This document shows positions 37,298 to 46,624 of a stretch of DNA of 64,000 nucleotides, one piece after another. Below the pieces are notes generated by a model. The model searched no databases. It saw nothing but the letters and a program-made list of their open reading frames with translations, and was not told the DNA's origin. Made by a program: the position numbers and the translations under genes. Numbering within the stretch: position 1 is the first letter of the stretch; each line of letters opens with the position of its first letter. Origin of the DNA: Candidatus Latescibacterota bacterium (GTDB lineage: Bacteria; Latescibacterota; UBA2968; UBA8231); NCBI GenBank assembly GCA_964291625.2, contig OZ220090.1:512001-576000 (forward strand), given 5' to 3'.

Positions 37298-39478
37298 ATG
37301 TCCGGCCGGCAGCAGGCGGACCCGGTGAACAGGACGATCCCGCAGGAGTACGGCGAGCGCCTGGCCGAGCGCCGGGAGCGCGTCCTGGGCGGCGGCGAGC
37401 GCCTCTCCTTCCGCGCCTTCTGGGTCGGCGGCTTCCTCTCCCTCTTCCTGGCCGTGGGCGCCCCCTACGGCAACATGATCCTCCGCGGGTCCTTCATGGC
37501 CATGGACTTCAGCACCCCGGGGGCGATCTTCCTCTTCCTCTTCCTCATCGGCCTTCTCAACTGCGCCTTCAAGCTCGCCCGGCAGCCCGCCGTGGCCCTC
37601 GGCCTGACGGCTTCGTCCACGGCGGCGTGGCTGGTGGTCTACAGGCCGGCCCTCGGCGACCTCGACTTCTACTCCCCGGGCCTGATGATGGCCACCTTCC
37701 TGGTCCTGACCACCTGGCTCAACCTGCCCGTGGTGCTCCGCGGCGGCAGCCTGGCCCTGAATCGCTCCGAGCTGGTCCTGGTCTACGCCATGCTGCTCAT
37801 CGTCTCGGCCTTGTGCACCATGGGCCTGGCCGAGCAGATCCTCCCCATCATCACGGCGATGTTCTATTTCGCCACCCCGGAGAACCAGTGGGCGGAGAAG
37901 CTCTTTCCCCACCTGCCGGAGGGGGTGATGGTGAACGACGGCACGGACAGCCGCCTGTTCTACGAGGGCCTCTCCGGTCCCGAGGAGGCGATTCCATACG
38001 CCTCCTGGGTGGAGCCCCTCCTGTGGTGGGGGGTCTTCCTGCTGGCCCTGTACGTGATGATGGTCTCGGTGGCGGTGATCCTGCGCCGCCAGTGGATGGA
38101 GCGCGAGCGCCTGGCCTACCCGATCGCCCAGGTGGGCCTCGCCATGATCCGCTCCGAGCACGCCGACCGGGCCGTGAACGACTTCTTCAAGCGACCCGTC
38201 ATGTGGCTGGGGGCGGCCCTGCCCCTGGCCCAGGGCAGCTTGCGGGGGCTGAAGTTCTACGAAGTGCCGGTGCCCACGACGCGCCTGGAGTGGAATCTCC
38301 CCTTCATCGGCCTCCAGAGCCTGCATCTGAGCGTCAACTTCGCCGTCCTCGGGTTCTCGTATTTCATCAACGCCAACATCGCCGCCGGCATCTGGTTCTT
38401 CCATCTCCTCTCGACTGCGGAAAAGCAGTTGCTCATCCTCACCGGGCTGCAGTCGTCCCGGAAGATCGGTCTCGGCGTCTCCGACTACCCCTTTCTCGGG
38501 TACCAGGGGGTGGGGGCGCTGCTGGCCATGGTGGTGGTCGGCCTGTGGGTGGGCCGCGAGCACTACTGGCGAGTCCTGCGCAGGGCCGTCGGACTGGCCC
38601 CCGAAGTCCGCGACGACGACGAGATCCTGTCCTACCGGGGCGCCGTGGCCGGGGCCCTGGGAGGCACCGCCGTCATGACGGCCTGGCTGTGGTACATGGG
38701 GACCCCCATGTGGGTAACCCTGCTCTTTCTGCTCGTGGCGGTGCTGATCTTCATCGGAATCACGAGGATCGTGACCGAGGCCGGCCTGGCGGTCGTCCGC
38801 GGGCCCATGATCGCCGGCGACCTCGTGGTGCAGGGAGTCGGTTCCTCCCTGATCGGCCCCGCGGGGGTGGTGAACCTCTCCCTGGCCCACGTCTGGGCCG
38901 CCGACATCCGTGTCTTCGTCATGGGCACCGCCTCCAACGCCCTGAAGATGATCGAGGAGATGGAGCCCCGGAACCGCCGCACCGTGTTCTGGGCCATGAT
39001 CGCCGCCCTCTTCATCGGCGCCGCCGGCTCCCTGTGGATGATCTTCCACATGGCCTATCTCCACGGGGCCCTCAACCTGAACGGCTGGTTCTTCCGGGGG
39101 CTGCCCCGCTACGCCTACGATGCGGCCCTGCGCAACATGGAACCCCATGGGGTTCACTGGCCCGGGCTCGGCTTCTTCGGCGCCGGGGCCGCCGCCATGG
39201 TCACCCTCATGTGGCTGCGCCAGCGGCTGCCCTGGTGGCCCGTCCACCCCATCGGTCTACCCATCGGCGCCACGCCCATGATGAACCGCCTCTGGTTCAA
39301 CGTCTTCGTGGCCTGGGTCGTCAAGCGAGGCGTTCTGCGGTACGGCGGCGCCACCGGCTACCAGAAGAGTCAGCCCTTCTTTCTCGGGTTGATCAGCGGC
39401 CAGGTCCTGTGCAGTGGAGGCTGGCTGGTGATCGACTACTTCACAGGCGCAGTGGGGAACTACCTTTACGAGATATGA
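37298..39478 (+). CDS. Polytopic membrane protein, DUF6785/DUF6784-like, copy 2
   Basis: Colinear paralog of 35077-37233 with long identical stretches. Confidence 0.75.
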   Translation: MSGRQQADPVNRTIPQEYGERLAERRERVLGGGERLSFRAFWVGGFLSLFLAVGAPYGNMILRGSFMAMDFSTPGAIFLFLFLIGLLNCAFKLARQPAVALGLTASSTAAWLVVYRPALGDLDFYSPGLMMATFLVLTTWLNLPVVLRGGSLALNRSELVLVYAMLLIVSALCTMGLAEQILPIITAMFYFATPENQWAEKLFPHLPEGVMVNDGTDSRLFYEGLSGPEEAIPYASWVEPLLWWGVFLLALYVMMVSVAVILRRQWMERERLAYPIAQVGLAMIRSEHADRAVNDFFKRPVMWLGAALPLAQGSLRGLKFYEVPVPTTRLEWNLPFIGLQSLHLSVNFAVLGFSYFINANIAAGIWFFHLLSTAEKQLLILTGLQSSRKIGLGVSDYPFLGYQGVGALLAMVVVGLWVGREHYWRVLRRAVGLAPEVRDDDEILSYRGAVAGALGGTAVMTAWLWYMGTPMWVTLLFLLVAVLIFIGITRIVTEAGLAVVRGPMIAGDLVVQGVGSSLIGPAGVVNLSLAHVWAADIRVFVMGTASNALKMIEEMEPRNRRTVFWAMIAALFIGAAGSLWMIFHMAYLHGALNLNGWFFRGLPRYAYDAALRNMEPHGVHWPGLGFFGAGAAAMVTLMWLRQRLPWWPVHPIGLPIGATPMMNRLWFNVFVAWVVKRGVLRYGGATGYQKSQPFFLGLISGQVLCSGGWLVIDYFTGAVGNYLYEI

Positions 39479-42400
39479 GCGGACCACACTCCCGACCCGC
39501 CCTGGCGCTCATGGCCTGGCTGCAGCTCTCTGCCGCGGCCCTTGCGGACGGCCCCGACCTGTGGGCCATCCCCGACGAGGGGCAGCGTCTGCGGGCGAGC
39601 GTGGAGTACCTCTCCGGCCTCGGCTCCCGCATCAGCGGACACGAGGGCGGGAGGCGCGCCGGGGACTGGATCGAGGGCCAGCTGTCGGCCCTTGACCTGG
39701 GGTCCGTGCATCGGGAGACCTTCCCCATCACCGTGCCGGTCGAGCTGGGCGGGCGCAGCCGCCTGGAGGTCGTCGACACCGGTGAGGAGTTCGACATGCA
39801 CGGGCTGTGGCCCAACGGCCCGCGCACTACCACGACCCCGCCCGAAGGCCTGGAGGGCCAGCTCACCTGGGCCGGCAACGGCGAGTACACCGACTTCGAG
39901 GGCCGGCAGCTGCACGGCCGCGTGGTGCTGATGGAGTTCAACACCTGGGATCGCTGGGTGCGGCTGGCGGCGCTCGGCGCCAGGGCGGTGATCTTCATCG
40001 AGCCCGCGGAGACTTCCTATCCCCAGACGGAGGACAAGAGCCTCATCGTTCCCGTCGATGTGCCGCGGTTCTGGATCGGCTCGGAGGCGGGACGGCAGCT
40101 CCAGCGGAGACTGGAGGGAGGAGCCGAGATCGGCGTCCGTCTGCACAGCCGGATGGACTGGGTCGAGCGGCCTTGCGCGAACCTCTGGGTGGAAGTCACC
40201 GGCGCCGACACGGCCCGGGCGCCGCAGCGGATCGTCGTGCAGAGCTACTACGACGGGACCTCGATCGTGCCCTCCCTGGCGCCCTCGGCCGAGGCTTCCA
40301 GCGGCGCCGCGGCGATGCTGGAGCTGGCCCGCCACCTGCGGGACCATCCGCCCGCACGGACGGTGGTCCTCCTGCTCACGGGCTCCCACTTCCAGGACCG
40401 GGCTGGAATCGTCGACTTCATCGAGCGCCACACCCGCAAGTCGGACTACTTCGCTCCCTTCACGGACTCCATGGCCGTCGATCTCTACGTCGGCCTCGAC
40501 CTGTCCACCAAGACCGACCAAGTGGCCATCTGGAACAACACCACCAGTTTCGACCTCAAGCGGTTCTTCGTCCCCTTCGGGCGGCGCTACACCCGGTACG
40601 CCGAGGAGACGGCAGCCGAGCTCGGAAGGGCGGGAGAGCCGCTGCTGCTCAACGGCATCAGCCCCATCCGGGGAATGGACTGGTCGACCTTCGTCCCCGA
40701 CGGCGCCTTCGTCGACACCCGCCTGGCCATGCTCGCCGGCCAGGTGGCCCTCTCCTTCGTCACCGCCCACGACGCCCGCTTTCCGCTGGCCACCCCACTC
40801 GACACTCCCGGCCGGATGAATCAGGACAACCTCCTGAGCCAGTCGCGGTTCCTCAAGGGCGTGCTGTCCCGGTCCTTCGACGACCCGGACCTGTTCACGG
40901 GTCTGGAGGACTTCGGCCCCGTGCTCAAGGACCAGCTGCGCACCCACACCGTTCGCGTACGGGCCTTCCCGCGCCGCAGCCAGATCCCCGACCGGACCGT
41001 GGCCGACGCCCTGGTGATGGTGGGGGCGGGAACTCACAAGGGCCTGAACATGAGCCGGTCCTACCTCACCGACGAGCTGGGCGACGTCACCGTGTCGGGG
41101 CTGGTGGTGGGAGCCACCTCGGTGGTGGCCTATGTCCTCGATCCCGAGACGGGGAGGGTCGTCTACGCTCCGGACCTGAGCGAGCGCGGCCAGAAGCACC
41201 ACGGCAAGCCCCTGGCCAGCGGCCGCATGAACTGGAGCATCCGCTGGAACAAGGACAGCAAGCCCCTCGTCGTCTTCCCGAGCAGGCAGAGGACCCTCTT
41301 CGGGCTGACCCATCCCAACCAGCTCGTGGGGCTGGCCTCCCTGAAGATGATCGGCAGCGGCGGCATCCCGCCCCGGCAGTTCGGGTACGCCTTCGGACGC
41401 ACCCTCAGCAGCAACCTCTGCGTCGTCTTCGCGCCCCAGGAGTCGGCCGTCGAGGACCCCCGCCTGAAGATGCTCTTCGGCGACATGCTGCTGCTCAACA
41501 GCCCGGGGGGGGTATCGGAAAAGGAGGCCAAGGGCACGGGGTACGACCTGGCGGTGGACGACCTGTTGCCCTCGGAGCTGTTCGCCCTGCGCGACACCTG
41601 GAGGCTCAACGACGCTCGCCTGGCCACGATGCGCTCCCACGCCATCGAGAACCAGCGCATCACCCGCCTGCACGAGGCCGGCCGCCGGTTCCTCGCCAGG
41701 GCCGAGGACTCGTTGCGGGAGGGCCGCTGGCGGGACTACGTCGCCGAGGTCCGGTCCGGGCTGGGGGTGACCCTGAAGGCCTATCCCCAGGTGAAGGCCA
41801 CCCTCAACGACGTGATCAAGGGGATCGTGTTCTTCCTGGCCCTGGTAGTGCCCACCGCCTTCTTCGGGGAGCGCCTGCTCTTCGCCGCCTCCGACATCCG
41901 CTGGCAGATCGGGGGGTTCTTCGTCCTCCTGCTGGTCGTCTGGATCCTGATCTCCCAGGTCCATCCGGCCTTCGACATCGCCCACCCCCTGATCATCCTG
42001 CTGGCCTTCTTCATCATGGCCATGGCCGTCTTCGTCCTGGGAATGGTATCGAGCCGGTTCAACCGGTTCATCAAGGAGTATCAGGCCGAGAGGGCCAAGG
42101 TCCACGAGACCGACATCAGCCGCGCCAGCGCCGCCTACGCCGCCTTCATGCTCGGCATCTCCAACATGCGCCGACGCCGGCTGCGCACCGGGTTGACCCT
42201 GCTCACCCTGACCTTGCTCACCTTCACGGTCCTCTCCTTCACCTCCGTCCGGCCCGAAGTGTGGTACTTCGTCTTTCCCCTCCGCCACGAGGGTTCCTAC
42301 ACGGGAGCCCTGATCCGCGACCGCGGCTGGAACTCCCTGCCGGAGACCACCCTGGAGTACGCCCGTTCCCACTTCGAGGAGCACGGCCTCGTGGTCCCGC

Positions 42401-43920
42401 GGAACTGGTACATCACCTACGACGGCGAGGAGAAGAAGTACACCGAGATCCGGCACGACGGCCTGATGGTGCGCGCCACGGGCCTCCTCGGCCTCGCCTC
42501 CCAGGAGCAGCGGGTGACCGAACTGGCCTCGACCCTCTCGGCGGGGAGCTGGTTCGCGGATGGCGACGAGTCGACCTGCCTGATCTCGGAGGGAATGGCG
42601 GAAGGTCTGGGAATCGGCTCCGGCGAAGTGGGGGAGGCCGAGGTGCAGGTCTTCGGCAAGAGGCTGACCGTGGCCGGGATCTTCTCCGCCGATGCCTTCA
42701 ACGAGGTGCGCGATCTCGACGACGAGCCCCTCAGTCCGGCGGACTTCCAGCTGTCGAGCATGCAGGCCCTGGGTCCCGCGGAAGGGCCGCAGATGACCGT
42801 GCAGGAGGAGGAGGAGACGTCAGAGGTGCGGCCCTTCGTCCACCTCGACCCCGCCAACGTGCTCATCCTGCCCTACGAGGCGCTGAAGGTCGCCTTCGGT
42901 GACCTGCGCTCCGTGGCCATCCGCTTCGACGAGGGCGCTCCGGCTCAGGAACTGATCGAGGAGTTCCTGCAGCGCATTTCCGGAACCGTCTTCGCCGGCC
43001 TTCCGGACGAGGAAGGCCGCATCGATGTCGTCTCATACACCTCTCTGGGGGGCACCTCCGTCGAGGGGCTGGCGGCCCTGATCGTGCCGATGCTGATCGC
43101 CGCCCTCATCGTCCTCAACACGATGATGGGCGCCGTGTACGAACGCTTCCGGGAGATCGGCATCTACTCCTCCGTGGGGCTGGCGCCGATGCACATCGCC
43201 CTGCTCTTCATCGCCGAGGCCTGCGTGTACGCGGTCATGGGGGTGACCCTGGGCTACCTCATCGGCCAGATCCTCGGCCGCGGGCTGGTGCACTTCGACC
43301 TGCTGGGGGGCATGAACCTCAACTACTCCTCCTTCGCCGCCATCCTCGCCGCCTGCATGGTCATGGGGGTCGTGCTGCTGTCCACCATCTACCCGGCCCG
43401 CGTCGCCTCCCGCTCGGCCGTTCCCGACACGGTCCGGCGCTGGCGGCCGCCGCCGCCCGACGGCGACCGCTGGGAATTCGACTTCCCCTTCATGGTGGGC
43501 CGGAGCGAGGTGGTGGGGATCTGCGGGTTCCTGGCCAACTTCTTCAGCGCCTACAGCGAGGAGTCGATCGGCGACTTCTACGCCGACAAGGTGCGGATCA
43601 CCACCGGGGAGACGCCGGCGGGACCTGAGTACGCCGTGCAGCTGCTGTTGTGGCTGGCCCCCTTCGACATGGGCGTGAGCCAGTTCGTGCAGATCGAGCT
43701 GGCGCCCACGTCCACGCCCGGGGTCTGCGACGTGCAGATCTACATCCACCGGGTCAGCGGCCAGGACACCTACTGGCAGCGGGTCAACCGCCGCTTCGTC
43801 AACCACCTGCGCAAGGAGTTCCTGATCTGGCACACCCTCGACGCGGAGTCCAAGGCCTTCCACGATCAGAGCGCCCGAGAGCGGATGGCGGCTGAGGAGG
43901 CAGGGGAGGTCACAGCGTAG
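39475..43920 (+). CDS. ~1480 aa fusion: signal peptide + PA/M28 peptidase-like domain + TM bundle + MacB/FtsX-like permease
   Basis: ATGA overlap; SAAALA/DG; SSGAAAMLELARHL; ISNMRRRRLRTGLT; NTMMGAVYERFREIGIYSSVGL. Confidence 0.8.
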   Translation: MSGPHSRPALALMAWLQLSAAALADGPDLWAIPDEGQRLRASVEYLSGLGSRISGHEGGRRAGDWIEGQLSALDLGSVHRETFPITVPVELGGRSRLEVVDTGEEFDMHGLWPNGPRTTTTPPEGLEGQLTWAGNGEYTDFEGRQLHGRVVLMEFNTWDRWVRLAALGARAVIFIEPAETSYPQTEDKSLIVPVDVPRFWIGSEAGRQLQRRLEGGAEIGVRLHSRMDWVERPCANLWVEVTGADTARAPQRIVVQSYYDGTSIVPSLAPSAEASSGAAAMLELARHLRDHPPARTVVLLLTGSHFQDRAGIVDFIERHTRKSDYFAPFTDSMAVDLYVGLDLSTKTDQVAIWNNTTSFDLKRFFVPFGRRYTRYAEETAAELGRAGEPLLLNGISPIRGMDWSTFVPDGAFVDTRLAMLAGQVALSFVTAHDARFPLATPLDTPGRMNQDNLLSQSRFLKGVLSRSFDDPDLFTGLEDFGPVLKDQLRTHTVRVRAFPRRSQIPDRTVADALVMVGAGTHKGLNMSRSYLTDELGDVTVSGLVVGATSVVAYVLDPETGRVVYAPDLSERGQKHHGKPLASGRMNWSIRWNKDSKPLVVFPSRQRTLFGLTHPNQLVGLASLKMIGSGGIPPRQFGYAFGRTLSSNLCVVFAPQESAVEDPRLKMLFGDMLLLNSPGGVSEKEAKGTGYDLAVDDLLPSELFALRDTWRLNDARLATMRSHAIENQRITRLHEAGRRFLARAEDSLREGRWRDYVAEVRSGLGVTLKAYPQVKATLNDVIKGIVFFLALVVPTAFFGERLLFAASDIRWQIGGFFVLLLVVWILISQVHPAFDIAHPLIILLAFFIMAMAVFVLGMVSSRFNRFIKEYQAERAKVHETDISRASAAYAAFMLGISNMRRRRLRTGLTLLTLTLLTFTVLSFTSVRPEVWYFVFPLRHEGSYTGALIRDRGWNSLPETTLEYARSHFEEHGLVVPRNWYITYDGEEKKYTEIRHDGLMVRATGLLGLASQEQRVTELASTLSAGSWFADGDESTCLISEGMAEGLGIGSGEVGEAEVQVFGKRLTVAGIFSADAFNEVRDLDDEPLSPADFQLSSMQALGPAEGPQMTVQEEEETSEVRPFVHLDPANVLILPYEALKVAFGDLRSVAIRFDEGAPAQELIEEFLQRISGTVFAGLPDEEGRIDVVSYTSLGGTSVEGLAALIVPMLIAALIVLNTMMGAVYERFREIGIYSSVGLAPMHIALLFIAEACVYAVMGVTLGYLIGQILGRGLVHFDLLGGMNLNYSSFAAILAACMVMGVVLLSTIYPARVASRSAVPDTVRRWRPPPPDGDRWEFDFPFMVGRSEVVGICGFLANFFSAYSEESIGDFYADKVRITTGETPAGPEYAVQLLLWLAPFDMGVSQFVQIELAPTSTPGVCDVQIYIHRVSGQDTYWQRVNRRFVNHLRKEFLIWHTLDAESKAFHDQSARERMAAEEAGEVTA

Positions 43921-43923
43921 ACC

Positions 43924-46617
43924 ATGGCCGAAAACGGAAAGCAGAGCCTGCGCCAGCGGCTGCGGAGGTCGCAGTGGCAGGAGGTGGAGGAGTACCGCGC
44001 CCTGCTGGAGCCGGCCGAGCAGTTCGAGAGCGGCTTCACGATGCGCACCATCATCGGCGTCCTCTTCATCTCCCTGGTCATGACCCCGGGGGAGATGTAC
44101 CTGGGCCTGGTCACGGGCGGGGGCATCGGCGCTGCGGCCCAGTGGGTGACGGTGATCCTCTTCCTCGAGGTGGCCAAGCGGTCCTTCACCTCCCTGCGCC
44201 GGCAGGAGATCTACCTGCTGGTCTACGTGGCCTCGGCCCTGGTGGCCCGGGAGGAGGGGGCCTTCCTCGACCTGCTCTTCCGGCAGTACTTCGTGCGCTC
44301 CGCCGAGGCCGAGATGTTCGGCATATCCAAGCTGCTGCCGTTCTGGTACGTGCCCCATCCCGAGTCGCCGGCCCTGGCGGCGCGCACCTTCCTGCACCGC
44401 GACTGGCTGTGGCCCATCGCCCTGCTGATCATGGGCACCATCGTCGGCCGCGTCAGTTGGTTCACCTCGGGGTACCTGCTCTTCCGCCTGACCTCCGACC
44501 GCGAGCGCCTGCCCTTTCCCACGGCGCCCATGTCGGCTCTTTCAGCCATGGCCCTGGCCGAGGAGAGCGGCGGCGAGAAGGAGACCTGGAAGTGGCCCGT
44601 GTTCTCCCTGGGAGGGGTCATGGGCGCCGTCTTCGGCGTCATCTACGTGGGCATCCCTACCCTGACCGAGGTCCTGCAGGGGACGAAGGTCACCCTTATC
44701 CCGATCCCCTGGTGGGACCTGACGCCGTACCTGGGCAACCTCCTGCCGGCCGCGCCCGTGGGGATCACCCTCCACCTCGGGATCATCTTCGGTGGCCTCC
44801 TGGCCCCGTTCTGGGGGATCATCGGGTCGAGCCTGGGCGTGATTGTGCACACGGCGGTAAGCCCGTGGCTGCACGCCCATGGCATGCTTCCGGGCTGGTC
44901 CCTGGGGATGGGCCTCATCGAGACGCAGATCGTCACCGGCATCGACTTCTGGAGGGCCTTCTCCATCGGCATCACCATCGCCGTGACGGTCATCAGCTTC
45001 TACCAGCTCTTCGCCACCGCCCGTCAGCGCCGCATGGCGACCCGCGACGAGTTCCTCGGGGAGAAACGCGAGTACCCGAGGACCTGCGTCCACGACGGCT
45101 GCAACGCCCCCTCGCAGGTCCGCGGCTACTGCATCAAGCACCTGGGCCGGGGCGACTTCAACCTCTGGGTCTGCGTCGTCCTGTTCGCCATGGCCGCCCT
45201 CTACCCCATCGTGCTCGCCAAGACCCTCTTCCCGTCCCTGGTGACCACGGGTCTGCTCATCGTGTTCTTCGGCATCGCCTTCGTGTACGCGCCGATCATG
45301 TCCTTCGTCTCGGCTCGGCTCGACGGGCTCATCGGCCGCGAGGTGTCGATCCCGTACATCAACGAGGCGATCATCTTCCTCACCGGGTACCGCGGCGTCG
45401 ACATCTGGTTCGTGCCCTTCCCGACCCGCAACTACGGGGGCCACGCCGAGGGCTTCCGCGTCGTCGAACTCACGGGCATGCGCTTCACCAGCCTGTTGCA
45501 CGCCGAGCTCTTCATGCTGCCCATCGTCTTCGGCGTGAGCCTCATGTACTGGAGCTTCCTGTGGCGCCTGGGGCCCATCCCCTCGGAGAGCTATCCCTAC
45601 GCCCAGCTCATGTGGCCCCTGCAGGCCTTCAACCAGGCCCTGTTCTACTCCAGCACCATGTACAACAAGATGTGGCGGGCGGGAGAGGAGGTGGACGGGC
45701 GCCGCGTCGATGGCGGGGAGGTGGTCTGGAGCCCGTCCAACCTGCAGGACAGGGAGTGGTGGTACTGGCGGGTGCGGGTCACGGACGACGTGGACGTGCC
45801 CGACGCGGAGAGGCGGGAGTACGGCCCTTGGTCGAAGACGGGGTTCTTCTACACCAACTTCGGAGACGGAACCCCGCCGTCCGACGTGCCGGAGCGCGTC
45901 TTCGACCTGCTCGCCGACGCCGAGCGCAGGGCGGCGATGAAGAGTCAGCAGTCCCGCGCTCCCCCTGAGCCGGGCACAGGGCACACGGCGGAGCTGCTGT
46001 GGCCCGCCCCCGGCGAGGTCGTGGACACGGCGAACCCGAACTTCCACGCCCGGGTGACGGGGGTGCCCGACTCGCTCGAGCTCTACTTCGAGGTGGACAG
46101 ACTGCCCACCTTCGACGGGGAGTTCCTGCAGCGCTCCACGGACTGGCCGCTCATGTTCCAGGCCTTGTGGCGGGATCTTCGCTACACAGGCGACCGGCGG
46201 GACAACGACGGCGACGGCCAGATCGACGAGGAGCTCTACAACCTCAAGGACGACGACGGCGACGGACGGACCGACGAGGACTACCACCATCCCCTCGACG
46301 GCTGGAAGTGGCCGATCATGCTCTTCGGCGCCGGCTTCGGGCTGGTCATGTACTTCGGCCTCTCCTTCCTCGGCCTGCCCGTCTTCCTCATCTGGGGTTA
46401 CGTGCAGAGCGTTCTGGGGGTGCCCACCAGTCTGCTGCCCCAGCTCGCCGGGGCCCTGCTCGCCCGGTTCTACTTCTGGAAGCGCTACGGCCGGCAGGAG
46501 TGGCGCCGGTACGCCATGGTGCTCACCGTCGGCTTCGGCGTGGGCATGTCCCTCATCGGCATGTTCTGCGCCGCCCTCGCCATGATCAGCAAGGCGGTCT
46601 CGGCCCTGCAGTACTGA
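43924..46617 (+). CDS. OPT-like (oligopeptide transporter) membrane protein with soluble inserts
   Basis: GFTMRTIIG, RQEIYLL, DRERLPFPTAP, many TM helices; starts 3 nt after the previous stop. Confidence 0.7.
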   Translation: MAENGKQSLRQRLRRSQWQEVEEYRALLEPAEQFESGFTMRTIIGVLFISLVMTPGEMYLGLVTGGGIGAAAQWVTVILFLEVAKRSFTSLRRQEIYLLVYVASALVAREEGAFLDLLFRQYFVRSAEAEMFGISKLLPFWYVPHPESPALAARTFLHRDWLWPIALLIMGTIVGRVSWFTSGYLLFRLTSDRERLPFPTAPMSALSAMALAEESGGEKETWKWPVFSLGGVMGAVFGVIYVGIPTLTEVLQGTKVTLIPIPWWDLTPYLGNLLPAAPVGITLHLGIIFGGLLAPFWGIIGSSLGVIVHTAVSPWLHAHGMLPGWSLGMGLIETQIVTGIDFWRAFSIGITIAVTVISFYQLFATARQRRMATRDEFLGEKREYPRTCVHDGCNAPSQVRGYCIKHLGRGDFNLWVCVVLFAMAALYPIVLAKTLFPSLVTTGLLIVFFGIAFVYAPIMSFVSARLDGLIGREVSIPYINEAIIFLTGYRGVDIWFVPFPTRNYGGHAEGFRVVELTGMRFTSLLHAELFMLPIVFGVSLMYWSFLWRLGPIPSESYPYAQLMWPLQAFNQALFYSSTMYNKMWRAGEEVDGRRVDGGEVVWSPSNLQDREWWYWRVRVTDDVDVPDAERREYGPWSKTGFFYTNFGDGTPPSDVPERVFDLLADAERRAAMKSQQSRAPPEPGTGHTAELLWPAPGEVVDTANPNFHARVTGVPDSLELYFEVDRLPTFDGEFLQRSTDWPLMFQALWRDLRYTGDRRDNDGDGQIDEELYNLKDDDGDGRTDEDYHHPLDGWKWPIMLFGAGFGLVMYFGLSFLGLPVFLIWGYVQSVLGVPTSLLPQLAGALLARFYFWKRYGRQEWRRYAMVLTVGFGVGMSLIGMFCAALAMISKAVSALQY

Positions 46618-46624
46618 CGGTCCT

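Larger units (their letters stand above)
35077..39478 (+). repeat. Tandem gene duplication (~2.15 kb units)
   Basis: Near-identical DNA, e.g. CTCTCCTTCCGCGCCTTCTGGGTCGGCGGCTTCCTCTCC near 35158 and 37403. Confidence 0.9.

Noticed and set aside
33702-37328. Very long alternative ORFs (33702-37328 +, 34201-37299 -, 39466-42456 -, 39807-42902 +, 30959-33967 -)
   Set aside because: Stop-poor shadow frames expected at ~70% GC; no motifs, and they overlap well-supported genes.
37627-39474. N-terminal 616 aa of the 2097-aa ORF
   Set aside because: An off-frame Arg/Pro/Gly-rich shadow over the second DUF6785-like gene; the real start is the ATG at 39475.
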